From Octopus sinensis (lineage: Eukaryota), in contig NW_021834901.1 in assembly GCF_006345805.1 (NCBI RefSeq), positions 1-64,000 on the forward strand: a stretch of 64,000 bases of DNA. Direction: 5' to 3'. Below, in pieces: positions 51,030 through 62,800 of this stretch (within the stretch, counting starts at the first letter, position 1; the number at the start of each line of letters is the position of its first letter). The position numbers and the translations under genes were made by a program. The notes under the pieces were generated by a model, which worked only from the letters and a program-made list of their open reading frames with translations, made no database searches and was not told where the DNA came from.

Positions 51030-51790
51030 CTTCTTATTCTCTTACTTGTTTCAGTCGTTTGACTGCGACCATGCTGGAGCACCGCCTTTAGTCGAGCAAA
51101 TCGACCCCGGGGCTTATTCTTTGTAAGCCTAGTACTTATTCTATCAGTCTCTTTTGCCGAACCGCTAAGTGACGGGGACGTAAACACACCAGCATAGGTT
51201 GTCAAGCAATGCTAGAGGGACAAACACAGGCATATAAACATATACACATATGCATTACATATATACGACAGGCTTCTTTCAGTTTCTGTCTACCAAATCC
51301 ACTCACAAGGCATTGGTTGGCCTGAGGCTTAAGCAGAACACTTGCCCAAGGTGCCACGCAGTGGGACTGAACCCGGAACCATGTGGTTGGTAAGCAAGCT
51401 ACTTACCACACAGCCACCCCTAGTCTATATACATATATACGACAGGCTTCTTTCAGTTTCCGTCTACCAAATCCACTCACAAGGCATTGGTTGGCCTGAG
51501 GCTATAGCAGAAGACACTTGCCCAAGATGCCACGCAGTGGGACTGAACCCAGAACCATGTGGTTTGTTAGCAAGCTACTTACCACACAGCCACCCCTAAG
51601 TCTATATACATATATACGACAGGCTTCTTTCAGTTTCCGTCTACCAAATCCACTCACAAGGCATTGGTTGGCCTGAGGCTATAGCAGAAGACACTTGCCC
51701 AAGATGCCACGCAGTGGGACTGAACCCAGAACCATGTGGTTGGTTAGCAAGCTACTTACCACACAGCCACTCTTACGTCTATGTATATAT
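51030..51790 (-). mobile_element. OR-like SINE whose head region is tandemly triplicated (~175-bp unit)
   Basis: atatacgacaggcttctttcagttt at ~51261, ~51434 and ~51611, each ending ttaccacacagccac. Confidence 0.9.
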
Positions 51791-52165
51791 ATATGCACAC
51801 ACATACATACACAGCTGCTCTACTGGTTGTCATCACCCTTAAGATGAAACTTTAAGTTAACAGTTCAAGGGCAATAACTCTTGTAGAATAAGAAGTATTA
51901 CCTCCCTTAATGTAGTTAATTAAATTCTCTCGTTTGGGTCAAATTTTTCTTTCCGTCCTTCATTGACAATAAAACGAAGTGGTAAAGGTCGCTTCTTGCG
52001 TGTGTATGTTCGAGTGTAACTCAAACCGTTGATTCACTTCCCCTTCTCTGACGCAGATAACCGTCTCTTTCGTGGGCCACAATATAAACATCCCGCCAAT
52101 TTTGGCGAGTGTGTCCGTGTTTCAGTGGAATTGCTCAAACGGTGATTCGAAATCGATCCGCTTAC

Positions 52166-52230
52166 CGTCGCCGTCCGATCATGCGAAAAAAAAATCAATC
52201 AGTTAGGCGGCCATCCGTTCAATCGAGCAA
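52166..52230 (-). other. Candidate first exon (CpG-rich; ATG at 52182; donor CG|GTAAGC)
   Basis: Minus reads cgcATGATCGGACGGCGACG|gtaagc; pyrimidine-rich leader upstream; no downstream exon identified. Confidence 0.25.
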
Positions 52231-52559
52231 GAGAAAGACGAGAAAGAAAGAGAGTGAGAGAGAAATACAGAGATAGAATGGGAGTGGGAGACAAATAGAG
52301 AGTGGGAGAATGAGAGAAGGGGAGAGAGGGAGGCAGATAGGGGTAGAGAGAGAAAGAGGAGAAAGAAAGAGAGAAAGAGTGGGAGTGAGAGGGAGAGAGA
52401 GAGAAACAGGCAGGAAGAGAGAGACGGGTGACACAACGGTGCCAGAGACACACAGACAGACAGATATATACAGTGAGAGAGAGAAAATAGAGTGACAGAG
52501 ACAGGTAGGAGAGAGAGAGAGTCTTTTTTCATCGTATGAGAATAGCAAGTCAGAGGCAG

Positions 52560-53140
52560 GTATTAGTTCTTCCGTCGTTGTCGACGATGACCAAATACAT
52601 TACATGGGAGAAGGAGATGGGTAACGGTGTGTCCGGCAGTGGTCGTCCAGTCCGATACGTGCTGGGAAGTCTTTGCCACAGGTCGGGCAATGGTTGTCTG
52701 CTGGGTCTGAAGGCAAGAAGCCGACTCTGGACCCGCATAATTGAAGCTTTCGTTGCCCTTGTAATCCTTTTCTAGGTTGCAAGGTATATCTGGGTCAATT
52801 AGTACCTCTGTCAAGGGCATATGCAGTGACCTGTGAGTCATCAATTCTGTCTGCATGCAACAGTATCCACACCCAGGCTCACGGCTTCCACAGGCTGGCT
52901 AAACCTTGGTAAGGGTAGCAAACGGCCTTTAACCATTGGTGGACTAGGGCTTGTCTACCTAAGGATGTGAACCAGTTGAGTGTGCTGAGGAAACCACTAG
53001 ACAGGCTCAACGGACCAGCAAACTTTGTGGAGGGTGAACTGCAACCTGTCTGTAGTTTTCTTGACTTCATCCTTCCACTGGAATTACATAGGAAGGGACG
53101 AGAGAGTAAGCCAGATTCTGTTGTGCAACCTTCCCTCACT
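52560..53140 (-). mobile_element. Short RTE-type LINE derivative (3' end plus probable 5'-UTR-like segment)
   Basis: ORF 52600-52782 contains HCPTCGKDFPARIGLDDHCRTH, like the RTE C-terminal CxxC..R.GL..H.R.H motif; no RT motifs in the adjoining ~350 bp. Confidence 0.65.
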
Positions 53141-53197
53141 TTAATCCATGTCCCGCTCACTTCAACATATCACACCATCCCAGGGTCAGGTAAAATA

Positions 53198-53435
53198 TTG
53201 GGCTGGTGCATAATTATTGCGGCTTATTTCAAGAAATATTATTCAACAAAAGCAATAAAAATATTTATCAAAAACATCTTTACATGATCGTCTATCAAGC
53301 GAATGGGAAGCAGTTATTGAAGTAGATGGTGAATATGCTCCGGAATAATCATTTAAAGATGTTTTTGTTACATGTTATTGTTTTTGTTGAATAAAATTTA
53401 TTGAAAAAAGCCGCAATAATTATGCACCAATCCAA
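53198..53435 (+). mobile_element. Mariner MITE (238 bp) with 26-bp TIRs and TA target duplication
   Basis: ta|ttgggctggtgcataattattgcggc ... gccgcaataattatgcaccaatccaa|ta; TIR resembles Hsmar1/MADE1; interior encodes WEAVIEVDGEYAPE*, a mariner transposase C-terminus. Confidence 0.9.
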
Positions 53436-53929
53436 TATATGGACACACACACACACACCACACACACACACGCACACACACACACACACAGTCGGACGAC
53501 GGATGGAACAACGGTTTGCCTATTGATGAGAGAAACGGATGTGAGGACACCTGGATGGAACGCCTCTTCAGAGAGCATCGTGCGGTGTGTGGAGGGAGAG
53601 AAAGGGGCGGAGCGACGGCGAGTGATGCCTATCATTAAAAAGAGTGAGAATAATATAAAATAGTGTTTATAACACATTATCGATAAATATCGAACATTGA
53701 TCAATGGAATTAGTACAGATTGCGACTCCACGTCACTGATTCGTTTTTTATTTCGCTTTTTCACATTTCCAATTCTTTACTTTTCCTTTCACTCTGCCTG
53801 CAATCATCACACAGTTTGCATGGTCGCTGGAGTGAAGTGGCTTAGAGGTTAGGGGCATTCGGGTTAGATTTGGGGTGATATATTAATACATGCTGAGGTG
53901 GGAGAGAGAGGATTTTCTAAGTTCCCTTA

Positions 53930-54160
53930 ATTTTTATATGAGTGACAACACAAAACTTTTATATACCTGGCTGTTATTTCTAGCATCACGTAGGACCACC
54001 AATTGTGTATTATTCCTCCGGATGCTTCTTAAGGTCTCCTTCAATCTTTCATGAAAAACAATGCAGAATATAGTGTATTGAACTGTTATTTCTACCATCT
54101 TACCCGACAACCTGTAGGACAATATGTTTGATAGACGCTTCGTCAAGTGTCCTGCTTTTA
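53930..54160. repeat. Old tandem family marked by ggctgttatttctagca, left part
   Basis: Homologous to 56320-56530; motif at 53969 and a variant at ~54082. Confidence 0.65.
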
Positions 54161-54279
54161 TAAAACAAAAACTTTAGAAATATCAAGGTGTTTGGTTGCT
54201 GTTTCACGAATGATGCGAGACAATAGAGAGGTGAGATTCTTTTATAAAGGTCGAAATGATTTTGGGAGGGAAACAATGA

Positions 54280-56310
54280 GATTAAGGGAAAGAAAGAGAG
54301 TGAGAGAGAGAGAGAGTAAAAAGAAGGAAAGAATGAAAGAGAGTGAGAGAGAGAGAGAAAGGAAGAAAAAAGAAAAAAAGAAGGAATGAAAGAAAAGAGA
54401 AAGGAAGGAATAAAGTAACATGATTCTGTAATAATGCATGAAATGAGAACGGAAGAAAGAAAGAAAGAAAGGAAGGAAGGAAGGAAGGAAATAATGTAGG
54501 AAAGAAGGAAGGAAATAATGTAGGAAAGAAGGAAGGAAAGAAAGGCAGTAAGAAGAAAGAAAGAAGGAAAGAAAGGCAGAAAGAAAGAAAGAAAGAAAGA
54601 AGGTAAAAAGGAAAGAAAGAAAGACAGAAAGTAAAAAGGAAAGAAAGAAAGAAAGAAAGTAAAAAGGAAAGAAAGAAAAAAAGAACGAAAGAACGAAAGA
54701 AAGAAAGGGAGTAAGTAAGAAAGAAGGGAGAAAGAAAGAAAGAAGGACAGAAGGAAAAAGAGGGGAAAATAAAAAGAAGGGAAGGAATAAAGAAAAAAAA
54801 AGAAAGGAAGAAAAAGGAAAGAAGGAAAAAGAAGGAAATGAAAAACTGAAACAAAAATAAAGAATATAACGAAAAGAAAGAAGAAGAAGAAAGAATGAGA
54901 GAAATGAAGAAAGAAAGACAGGAAAGAAAGAAAGAAGGAAGAAAGAAAGTAATGAAAGAAAAATAAAGAAATGTAATAAAGAAATCAGGAAAGAAAGAAA
55001 GAAGAAAAGAAAGTAAAAGGAAAGAAAGAAAAAAGAACGAAAGAACGAAAGAAAGAAAGGGAGTAAGTAGAAAGAAAGGGAGAAGAAAAGAAAGAAGGAC
55101 GAAGGAAAAAGAGGAAATATGAAAGAATGAAGGGAAATAAGAGAAAAAAGAAGAAGAAAGGAAGAAGGAAAAAGAAGGAAATGAAAAACTGAAACAAAAA
55201 TAAGAAATAACGAAATGAAAGAAGGAAAGAAAGAAGATGAGAAGAATGAAAAGAAAGACAGAAGAAAGAAAGAATGGAAGAAAGAAAGTAATGAAGAAAG
55301 AAAAATAAAGAATTAAGAAGAAATCAGAAGAAGAAGAAGAAAAGAAAGACTGAAAGGATGAAGAAAGCAAGAAAGAAAGGAAAAGGAAAGAAAGAAAGAA
55401 AGAAAAAGGACATAAGTAAACGGAAACAAAAAGAAAGAAAGAGAGAGAGAAAAAAGAAGGAAAGAAAGAATGTGAGAAATGAAGGACGAAAGAAAGACAG
55501 AAAGGAAAGAAAGAAAGAATGAGAGAGAGATAGAGAGGAAGGCGACGTAATTCTGAAAAAATGATAAGAAGAAAGAGGGAGAAGGAGGGAGAGAGGGGGA
55601 GGAAGGAGGAGGGATTAGAGAAATAAATGTTAAGAAGAGAGGAGGAGTGTGAGATGAGAGAGAAAGAGTAAAAAGGCGGAGCATTAATATATAATAAGGT
55701 AATAGAGAGAGGGAGAGGGAGAAAGAGAGAGACAGACAAACAGAGACACGGAGACAGAGAGAGACATAAGAAGCGAGAGGGCGAAAGAGAGAGACTGAAA
55801 GAGAGAAATCGAGAGAGCAAAGAGAGAGAAAGACAGACATAGAGAAAGAGAGGGAGAGGGAAAGGGAGGAGAAAGGGAGGGAAAGAATGAGGTAAGAGAA
55901 TGAGAGAATATTATATAAGGAGGTGGAGGGAGAGAGAGAAGGATACATAGGTTTAGAAAGAGAGGGAGTGTGTGAGGTGGGGCGGAGCGCAAAAGAGGTA
56001 GAGGGAGAGTATGAGATATGAGGTGGTAAAGAGGGAGGGAGAGAGACAAAAAGTGAGGGAGGGGAAGGAAACAGAGATGATGTATGAGATATATGCTTTG
56101 TGAGGGAGGGAGAGTAAGAGTTGAGAGAAAACGAGGGATGAGGGAGGCGGGGTTAAACAATAACATAAATAAGTGAAAGAGGGGGAGGGAGAGGAGTAGA
56201 GAAGGAGAGGGAATGATGTGTGTGATAAGAGAGGGAGTCTATCATGTATTAGAGAAAGGAAGAGGGGAAGGATGAGGTATTAATACAGAATGAGGAAGGA
56301 GAGAGAAGAG
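54280..56310. repeat. ~2-kb polypurine (GAAA/GA/GGA) low-complexity tract with an internal ~345-bp duplication
   Basis: aagaacgaaagaacgaaag at ~54681 and ~55033; aaaaactgaaacaaaaataa at ~54841 and ~55184. Confidence 0.9.
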
Positions 56311-56319
56311 TTTCGAAGT

Positions 56320-56880
56320 GTCCTTCATTTTCATATGAAACACAAAACCAAACTTTAACATACTTGGCTGTTATTTCTAGCATCACATTTGATCCCCAAC
56401 TGGACTATATTTCTCCAAAAGCTTCTGAAAGTGTCCTTCATGATAACAATGTAAAGTATAGCGTAATGGGCTGTTATTTCTAGCAAGATAACAGACCACC
56501 AATACGTTTTATAGACGCTTCTTCACTTGGTTTCTCTTTCGAGGAAGAAGTCTGACCAGATCCGGGAAAAAGTTTTATAAATGCTTCTTAAATTGTCTTT
56601 CAATTTCGTATGAAAAACAAAGGAACTTTGAGTGTAGTGGGCTGTTATTTCTAGCAAGATACCAGACCACCAATACGTTTTATAGACGCTTCTTCACTTG
56701 GTTTCTCTTTCGAGGAAGAAGTCTGACCAGATTCGGGAAAAAGTTTTATAAATGCTTCTGAAATTGTCTTTCAATTTCGTATGAAAAACAAAGCAACTTT
56801 GAGTGTAGTGGGCTGTTATTTCTAGCAGGTGTAGAAATAAACCAGGTGTAGGAGGATTCTTTGAATAAATGCTTCTTAAA
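56320..56880. repeat. Old tandem family, right part, including two near-identical ~172-bp units
   Basis: ggctgttatttctagca at 56366, 56469, 56640 and 56811. Confidence 0.85.
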
Positions 56881-57089
56881 TTGTCCGTCAATGTCTCGGC
56901 TAATTAATTTGCTCAATTAAGAACTACACAGTAATTATGTAATTAATGGTTAGTTAAATAATTAGCTTCTGGTAAAATAATTAGCGAGAGAGAAATTTGA
57001 AGGTAAATCTGAAAATATAATTTATTTGTAAGAAAGTAAGGTTTCTTAGGGATAAAAGGAGAGGAAGAGGGAGAGAGTAAGATATAAGG

Positions 57090-58200
57090 AGGTGGGGGAG
57101 ATAGAGAGAGAAAGAAAGGAAGAAAGAGTGAGAGAGAGAAAGCCTAGGGAAGGGGAGGGATATATTAATGTATGAGGAAGGAGAGAAAGAATGAGAGTGG
57201 GAGAGAGAGAGAGAGAGAAAGAAAGGAAGAAAGAGTGAGAGAGAGAGAAAATAGGGAAAGGAAGGGATATATTAATGTATGAGGAAGCAGAGAAAGAATG
57301 AGAGGGGGAGAGAGAGAGAGAGAGAGAATGCGTGAGAGAGAGAGAGAGAGAGAAAGAAAGGAAGAAAGAGTGAGAGAGAGAGAAAATAGGGAAAGGGAGG
57401 GATATGTTAATGTATGAGGAAGCAGAGAAAGAATGAGAGTGGGAGAGAGAGAGAGAGACAGTATGCGTGAGAGAGAGAGAGAGAGGAAGGAAGAAAGAGT
57501 GAGAGAGAGAAAGCCTAGGGAAGGGGAGGGATATATTAATGTATGAGGAAGCAGAGAAAGAATGAGAGTGGGAGAGAGAGAGAGAGAGACAGAATGCGTG
57601 AGAGAGAGAAGAGAAAGGAAGAAAGAGTGAGAGAGAGAAAGCCTAGGGAAGGGGAGGGATATATTAATGTATGAGGAAGTAGAGAAAAAATGAGAGTCGG
57701 AGAGAGAGAGAGAGACAGAATGCGTGAGAGAGAGAGAGAGAAAGAAAGGAAGAAAGAGTGAGAGGGTGAAAGCCTAGGGAAGGGGGGGATATATTAATGT
57801 ATGAGGAAGCAGAGAGGGGGAGTGAGAGTGTGAGAGAGAGAGAGAGACAGAATGCGTGAGTGAGAGAGAGAGAAGAAGGAAGAAAGAGTGTGAGAGAGAA
57901 ACCCTAGGGAAGGGGAGGGATATATTAATGTATGAGGAAGCAGAGAGTGGGAGTGAGAGTGGGAGAGAGAGAGAGACAGAATGCGTGAGAGAGAGAGAGA
58001 GAGAGAGATAGAAAGGAAGAAAGAGTGAGAGAGAAGAGAGAGAATGCGTGGAGAGAAGAGAAGAAAGAAAGGAAGAAAGAGTGAGAGAGAGAAAGCCTAG
58101 CGAAGGGGAGGGCTATATTAATGTATGAGGAAGCAGAGAAAGAATGAGAGTGGGAGAGAGAGAGAGACAGAATGCGGGAGAGAGAGAGAGAGAGAGAGAG
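57090..58200. repeat. GA-rich minisatellite, about 8 units of 110-190 bp
   Basis: Core tagggaaggggagggatatattaatgtatgaggaag recurs about 8 times with variable (GA)n spacers. Confidence 0.9.
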
Positions 58201-58539
58201 ATACAGTTAGTGAGGGAGAGGAAGAGGTGAAGGCTTTTGCAAGGGAGGTGGGCGGTGATTAAAATGAATATATAATGAGGTTCTGAGAGAAAGGAGACAA
58301 AGAGGGAGAAGTGGGAGGATATGTTTTGTAGGGGAGGGAGAAAGAGTATGAAAATGCATTAAGGGTTTAGTGAGGTACAGACAGAGGGAATTAAGAGTAA
58401 AAGCAAGGGAGGGGGAAGCATTTGGTAATATATGAGGAGGTGGGAGAGGGAGGCGAAGAGAAAGAGACAAAGAGGGAGAGCGCGCTTATTGGACGATATA
58501 TATTTAGTAATAGGGGAAGGGTATGAGTTAATAAAGAAA

Positions 58540-59401
58540 GCAAAATGGGCGGAGTCAGTCTACATTATGCAAAGTGGTGGGAGGAGTCAACGTTGAAGGG
58601 GTAAGAACAATAACTCTTATTGAATCCCTTTTCGCTTTAAATTCTATTTTTTTCTTTCGCAGAATTTGAAGATTTCCAAAAATGATTTAATGTAAATAAT
58701 AGATCGAAGGGTTTAATATTGCAATTCTTAGCCCTTAATTTCCTCCTCGTAATCTTCACACTGCACCCTGCACCTATTGTGGATGCAGCTGCTAGAAATA
58801 GCAGCCAAACATCGCATACTAAATGAAACCTCTGATTTCTTTAATTGCTTCAAAATTTATTAAGTTGAGGAAAAAGTTCGTGCGTTTGGTCTTTATTTTG
58901 AAGAATATTTGTTGCTTTTGAATAAATTCTTGCATAAAACAATCATTATTTTAACACGACGCACAGACATTTCCCTCAATCTAATAGTTTCTATTTTATA
59001 ATTGGCATTTGGTCAGATAACTGCAAAGATTAGCCATTGACTGTCCACTACAAAGAGAAGGGGGCAAGAATATGCAATGAAAGTGCAGTTAAGTGCAGCC
59101 GTGCACTGGTTGTTGTCCTATTTTAAGCTGCAAAAATGTGAAAGTAAACTTCGAGAAGGAAAGGGATCAGACCGGAAGTGATGAGAATAGAACAGGAAAC
59201 AAGTGAATGCCATCTAACGGAGAACAATTCAGCTCATAGTGACGACGCCTCTACCACCGAAACATCTCGACACACTGTTTTTACTCATCGCAGGCCGGTC
59301 TCATGGATGTGTGACGGAGCTGTGTTGCGGGGAAACAGCTACGAGAACGGAAATCGACGGAAATTGACGCATCTCGACGGTTATGAAGGAGTTCAGTGAG
59401 T
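58540..59401 (+). promoter_or_regulatory. Candidate promoter and first exon
   Basis: GC box GGGCGGAGT near 58546, ETS consensus ACCGGAAGTG at 59171-59180, CpG-rich 59230-59390, donor-like CA|GTGAGT at 59395/59396. Motif evidence only. Confidence 0.3.
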
Positions 59402-59689
59402 AGATATTAAATGCCTTTCGGTATTGCTTCAGATGTTTGACACCCGAATTTTCTGCCTCAGAGCTTCCAGAAAATGGAGATTTTAAATTATATTTTCGAA
59501 AACTGAGCTTCTGATGCTGTAAATTGCGATTATATCGGAATATTTGATGAAAACATTTTTCCTTCTTCGATGTTAGGAGTTTTGGAAAATTCACACAAGG
59601 CGTCTGGCTTTCTTCACAACTTTCAGAAAAATAGTAAATTTTTAATGGAATTTTCTATAAATGCCTTTCAGAGTGTATCGATTACAATT

Positions 59690-59855
59690 ATAAAATAATA
59701 ATAAAAATAATGAAATTATTGTATACAGTGCTCAGGTGCACCACCACTTGTCAGAAAGTGGGTATAAAGTGTATGCAGTAATGTACAAATGTATGGAAAG
59801 CGAACAGTGTATGAGTCAGATACATGCTTGCGTATGTATGGAGGGGAGGACATCA
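59690..59855 (-). mobile_element. CR1-type LINE 3' UTR and (ATT)n-like tail, contiguous with satellite array 2
   Basis: After the terminal unit the minus strand continues caagcatgtatctgactcatacactg..cacctgagcactgtatacaataatttcattatt(tt)attattatt. Confidence 0.8.
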
Positions 59856-62800
59856 GGTGTAGTGTTGGCGAATCTCAGAAAGCATTGAAGTTTTGAAGGA
59901 TGCAGTGCTCCGACAACTAACAACTGATGCCGGCAGTTTGTTCCATGCTTGTGTGTGTATGGAGGGGAGGAAATCAGGTGTAGTGTTGGTGAATCTCAGG
60001 AAGCATGGAAGTTTTGCAGGATGCAGTGCTCCGACAACTAACAACTGATGCCGGCAGTTTGTTCCATGCTTGCGTGTGTATGGAGGGGAGAAAATCAGGT
60101 GTAGTGTTGGCGAATCTCAGAAAGCATGGAAGTTTTGAAGGATGCAGTGCTCAGAAAATTAACAACTGATGGCGGCAGTTTGTTCCATGCTTGCGTGTGT
60201 ATGGAGGGGAGGAAATCAGGTGTAGTGTTGGCGAATCTCAGAAAGCATGGAAGTTTTGAAGGATGCAGTGCTCAGACAATTAACAACTGATGCCGGCAGT
60301 TTGTTCCATGCTTGCGTGTGTATGGAGGGGGGGAAATCAGGTGTAGTGTTGGCGAATCTCAGAAAGCATGGAAGTTTTGAAGGATGCAGTGCTCCGACAA
60401 CTAACAACTGATGCCGGCAGTTCGTTCCATGCTTGTGTGTGTATGGAGGGGAGGAAATCAGGTGTAGTGTTAGCGAATCTCAGGAAGGATGGAAGTTTTG
60501 AAGGATGCAGTGCTCCGACAACTAACGACTGATGCCGGCAGTTGTTCCATGCTTGTGTGTGTATGGAGGGGAGGAAATCAGGTGTAGTGTTGGCGAATCT
60601 CAGGAAGCATGGAAGTTTTGAAGGATGCAGTGCTCAAACAATTAACAACTGATGCCGGCAGTTTGTTCCATGCTTGCGTGTGTATGGAGGGGAGGAAATC
60701 AGGTGTAGTGTTGGTGAATCTCAGGAAGAATGGAAGTTTTGAAGGATGCAGTGCTCAGAAAATTAACAACTGATGCCGGCAGTTTGTTCCATGCTTGAGT
60801 GTGTATGGAGGGGAGGAAATCAGGTGTAGTGTTGGTGAATCTCAGGAAGAATGGAAGTTTTGAAGGATGCAGTGCTCAGACAACTAACAACTGATGCCGG
60901 CAGTTTGTTCCATGCTTGAGTGTGTATGGAGGGGAGGAAATCAGGTGTAGTGTTGGTGAATCTCAGGAAGAATGGAAGTTTTGAAGGATGCAGTGCTCAG
61001 ACAACTAACAACTGATGCCGGCAGTTTGTTCCATGCTTGCGTGTGTATGGAGGGGAGGAAATCAGGTGTAGTGTTGGTGAATCTCAGGAAGAATGGAAGT
61101 TTTGAAGGATGCAGTGCTCAGACAATTAACAACTGATGCCGGCAGTTTGTTCCATGCTTGCATGTGTATGGAGGGGAGGAAATCAGGTGTAGTGTTGGTG
61201 AATCTCAGGAAGGATGGAAGTTTTGAAGGATGCAGTGCTCAGACAATTAACAACTGATGCCGGCAGTTTGTTCCATGCTTGAGTGTGTATGGAGGGGAGG
61301 AAATCAGGTGTAGTGTTGGTGAATCTCAGGAAGGATGGAAGTTTTGAAGGAGGCAGTGCTCAGACAATTAACAACTGATGCCGGCAGATTGTTCCATGCT
61401 TGCGTGTGTATGGAGGGGAGGAAATCAGGTGTAGTGTTGGTGAATCTCAGGAAGAATGGAAGTTTTGAAGGATGCAGTGCTCAGACATTAACAACTGATG
61501 CCGCAGTTTGTTTCCATGCTTGAGTGTGTATGGAGGGGAGGAAATCAGGTGTAGTGTTGGTGAATCTCAGGAAGGATGGAATTTTGAAGGATGCAGTGCT
61601 GCAACCACTAAACTGATGCCGGCAGTTTGTTCCATGCTTGAGTGTGTATGGAGGGGAGGAAATCAGGTGTAGTGTTGGTGAATCTCAGGAAGAATGGAAG
61701 TTTTGAAGATGCAGTGCTCAGAAAATTAACAACTGATGCCGGCAGTTTGTTCCATGCTTGTGTGTATGGGGAGGGGAGGAAATCATGTAGTGTTGGTGAA
61801 TCTCAGGAAGGATGGAAGTTTTGAAGGATGCAGTGCTGCAACCTCTAACAACTGATGCCGGCAGTTTGTTCCATGCTTGAGTGTGTATGGAGGGGAGGAA
61901 ATCAGTGTAGTGTTGGTGAATCTCAGGAAGGATGGAAGTTTTGAAGGATGCAGTGCTGCACACTAACACTGATGCCGGCAGTTGTTCCCTGCTTGAGTGT
62001 GTATGGAGGGGAGGAAATCAGGTGTAGTGTTGGTGAATCTCAGGAAGGATGGAAGTTGTGAAGGATGCAGTGCTCAGACAATTAACAACTGATGCCGGCA
62101 GTTTGTTCCATGCTTGCGTGTGTATGGAGGGGAGGAAATCAGGTGTAGTGTTGGTGAATCTCAGGAAGAATGGAAGTTTTGAAGGATGCAGTGCTCAGAC
62201 AATTAACAACTGATGCCGGCAGTTTGTTCCATGCTTGCGTGTGTATGGAGGGGAGGAAATCAGGTGTAGTGTTGGTGAATCTCAGGAAGAATGGAAGTGT
62301 TGAAGGATGCAGTGCTCAGACAATTAACAACTGATGCCGGCAGTTTGTTCCATGTTTGCGTGTGTATGGAGGGGAGGAAATCAGGTGTAGTGTTGGTGAA
62401 TCTCAGGAAGAATGGAAGTTTTGAAGGATGCAGTGCTCAGAAAATTAACAACTGATGCCGGCAGTTTGTTCCATGCTTGAGTGTGTATGGAGGGGAGGAA
62501 ATCAGGTGTAGTGTTGGGGAATCTCAGGAAGAATGGAAGTTTTGAAGGATGCAGTGCTCAGACAATTAACAACTGATGCCGGCAGTTTGTTCCATGCTTG
62601 AGTGTGTATGGAGGGGAGGAAATCAGGTGTAGTGTTGGTGAATCTCAGGAAGGATGGAAGTTTTGAAGGATGCAGTGCTGCAACCACTAACAACTGATGC
62701 CGGCAGTTTGTTCCATGCTTGCGTGTGTATGGAGGGGAGGAAATCAGGTGTAGTGTTGGTGAATCTCAGGAAGGATGGAAGTTTTGAAGGATGCAGTGCT

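Noticed and set aside
53835-53880. Telomere-like ggttagggg/gggttag
   Set aside because: Isolated hexamers, not a tandem TTAGGG array.
54282-55820. 512-aa F/S/L-rich ORF and overlapping ORFs
   Set aside because: Stop-free reading of a polypyrimidine strand; no coding signal.
58860-58950. Second mariner-like end (aaagttcgtgcgttt)
   Set aside because: Partial similarity only and no partner TIR found.
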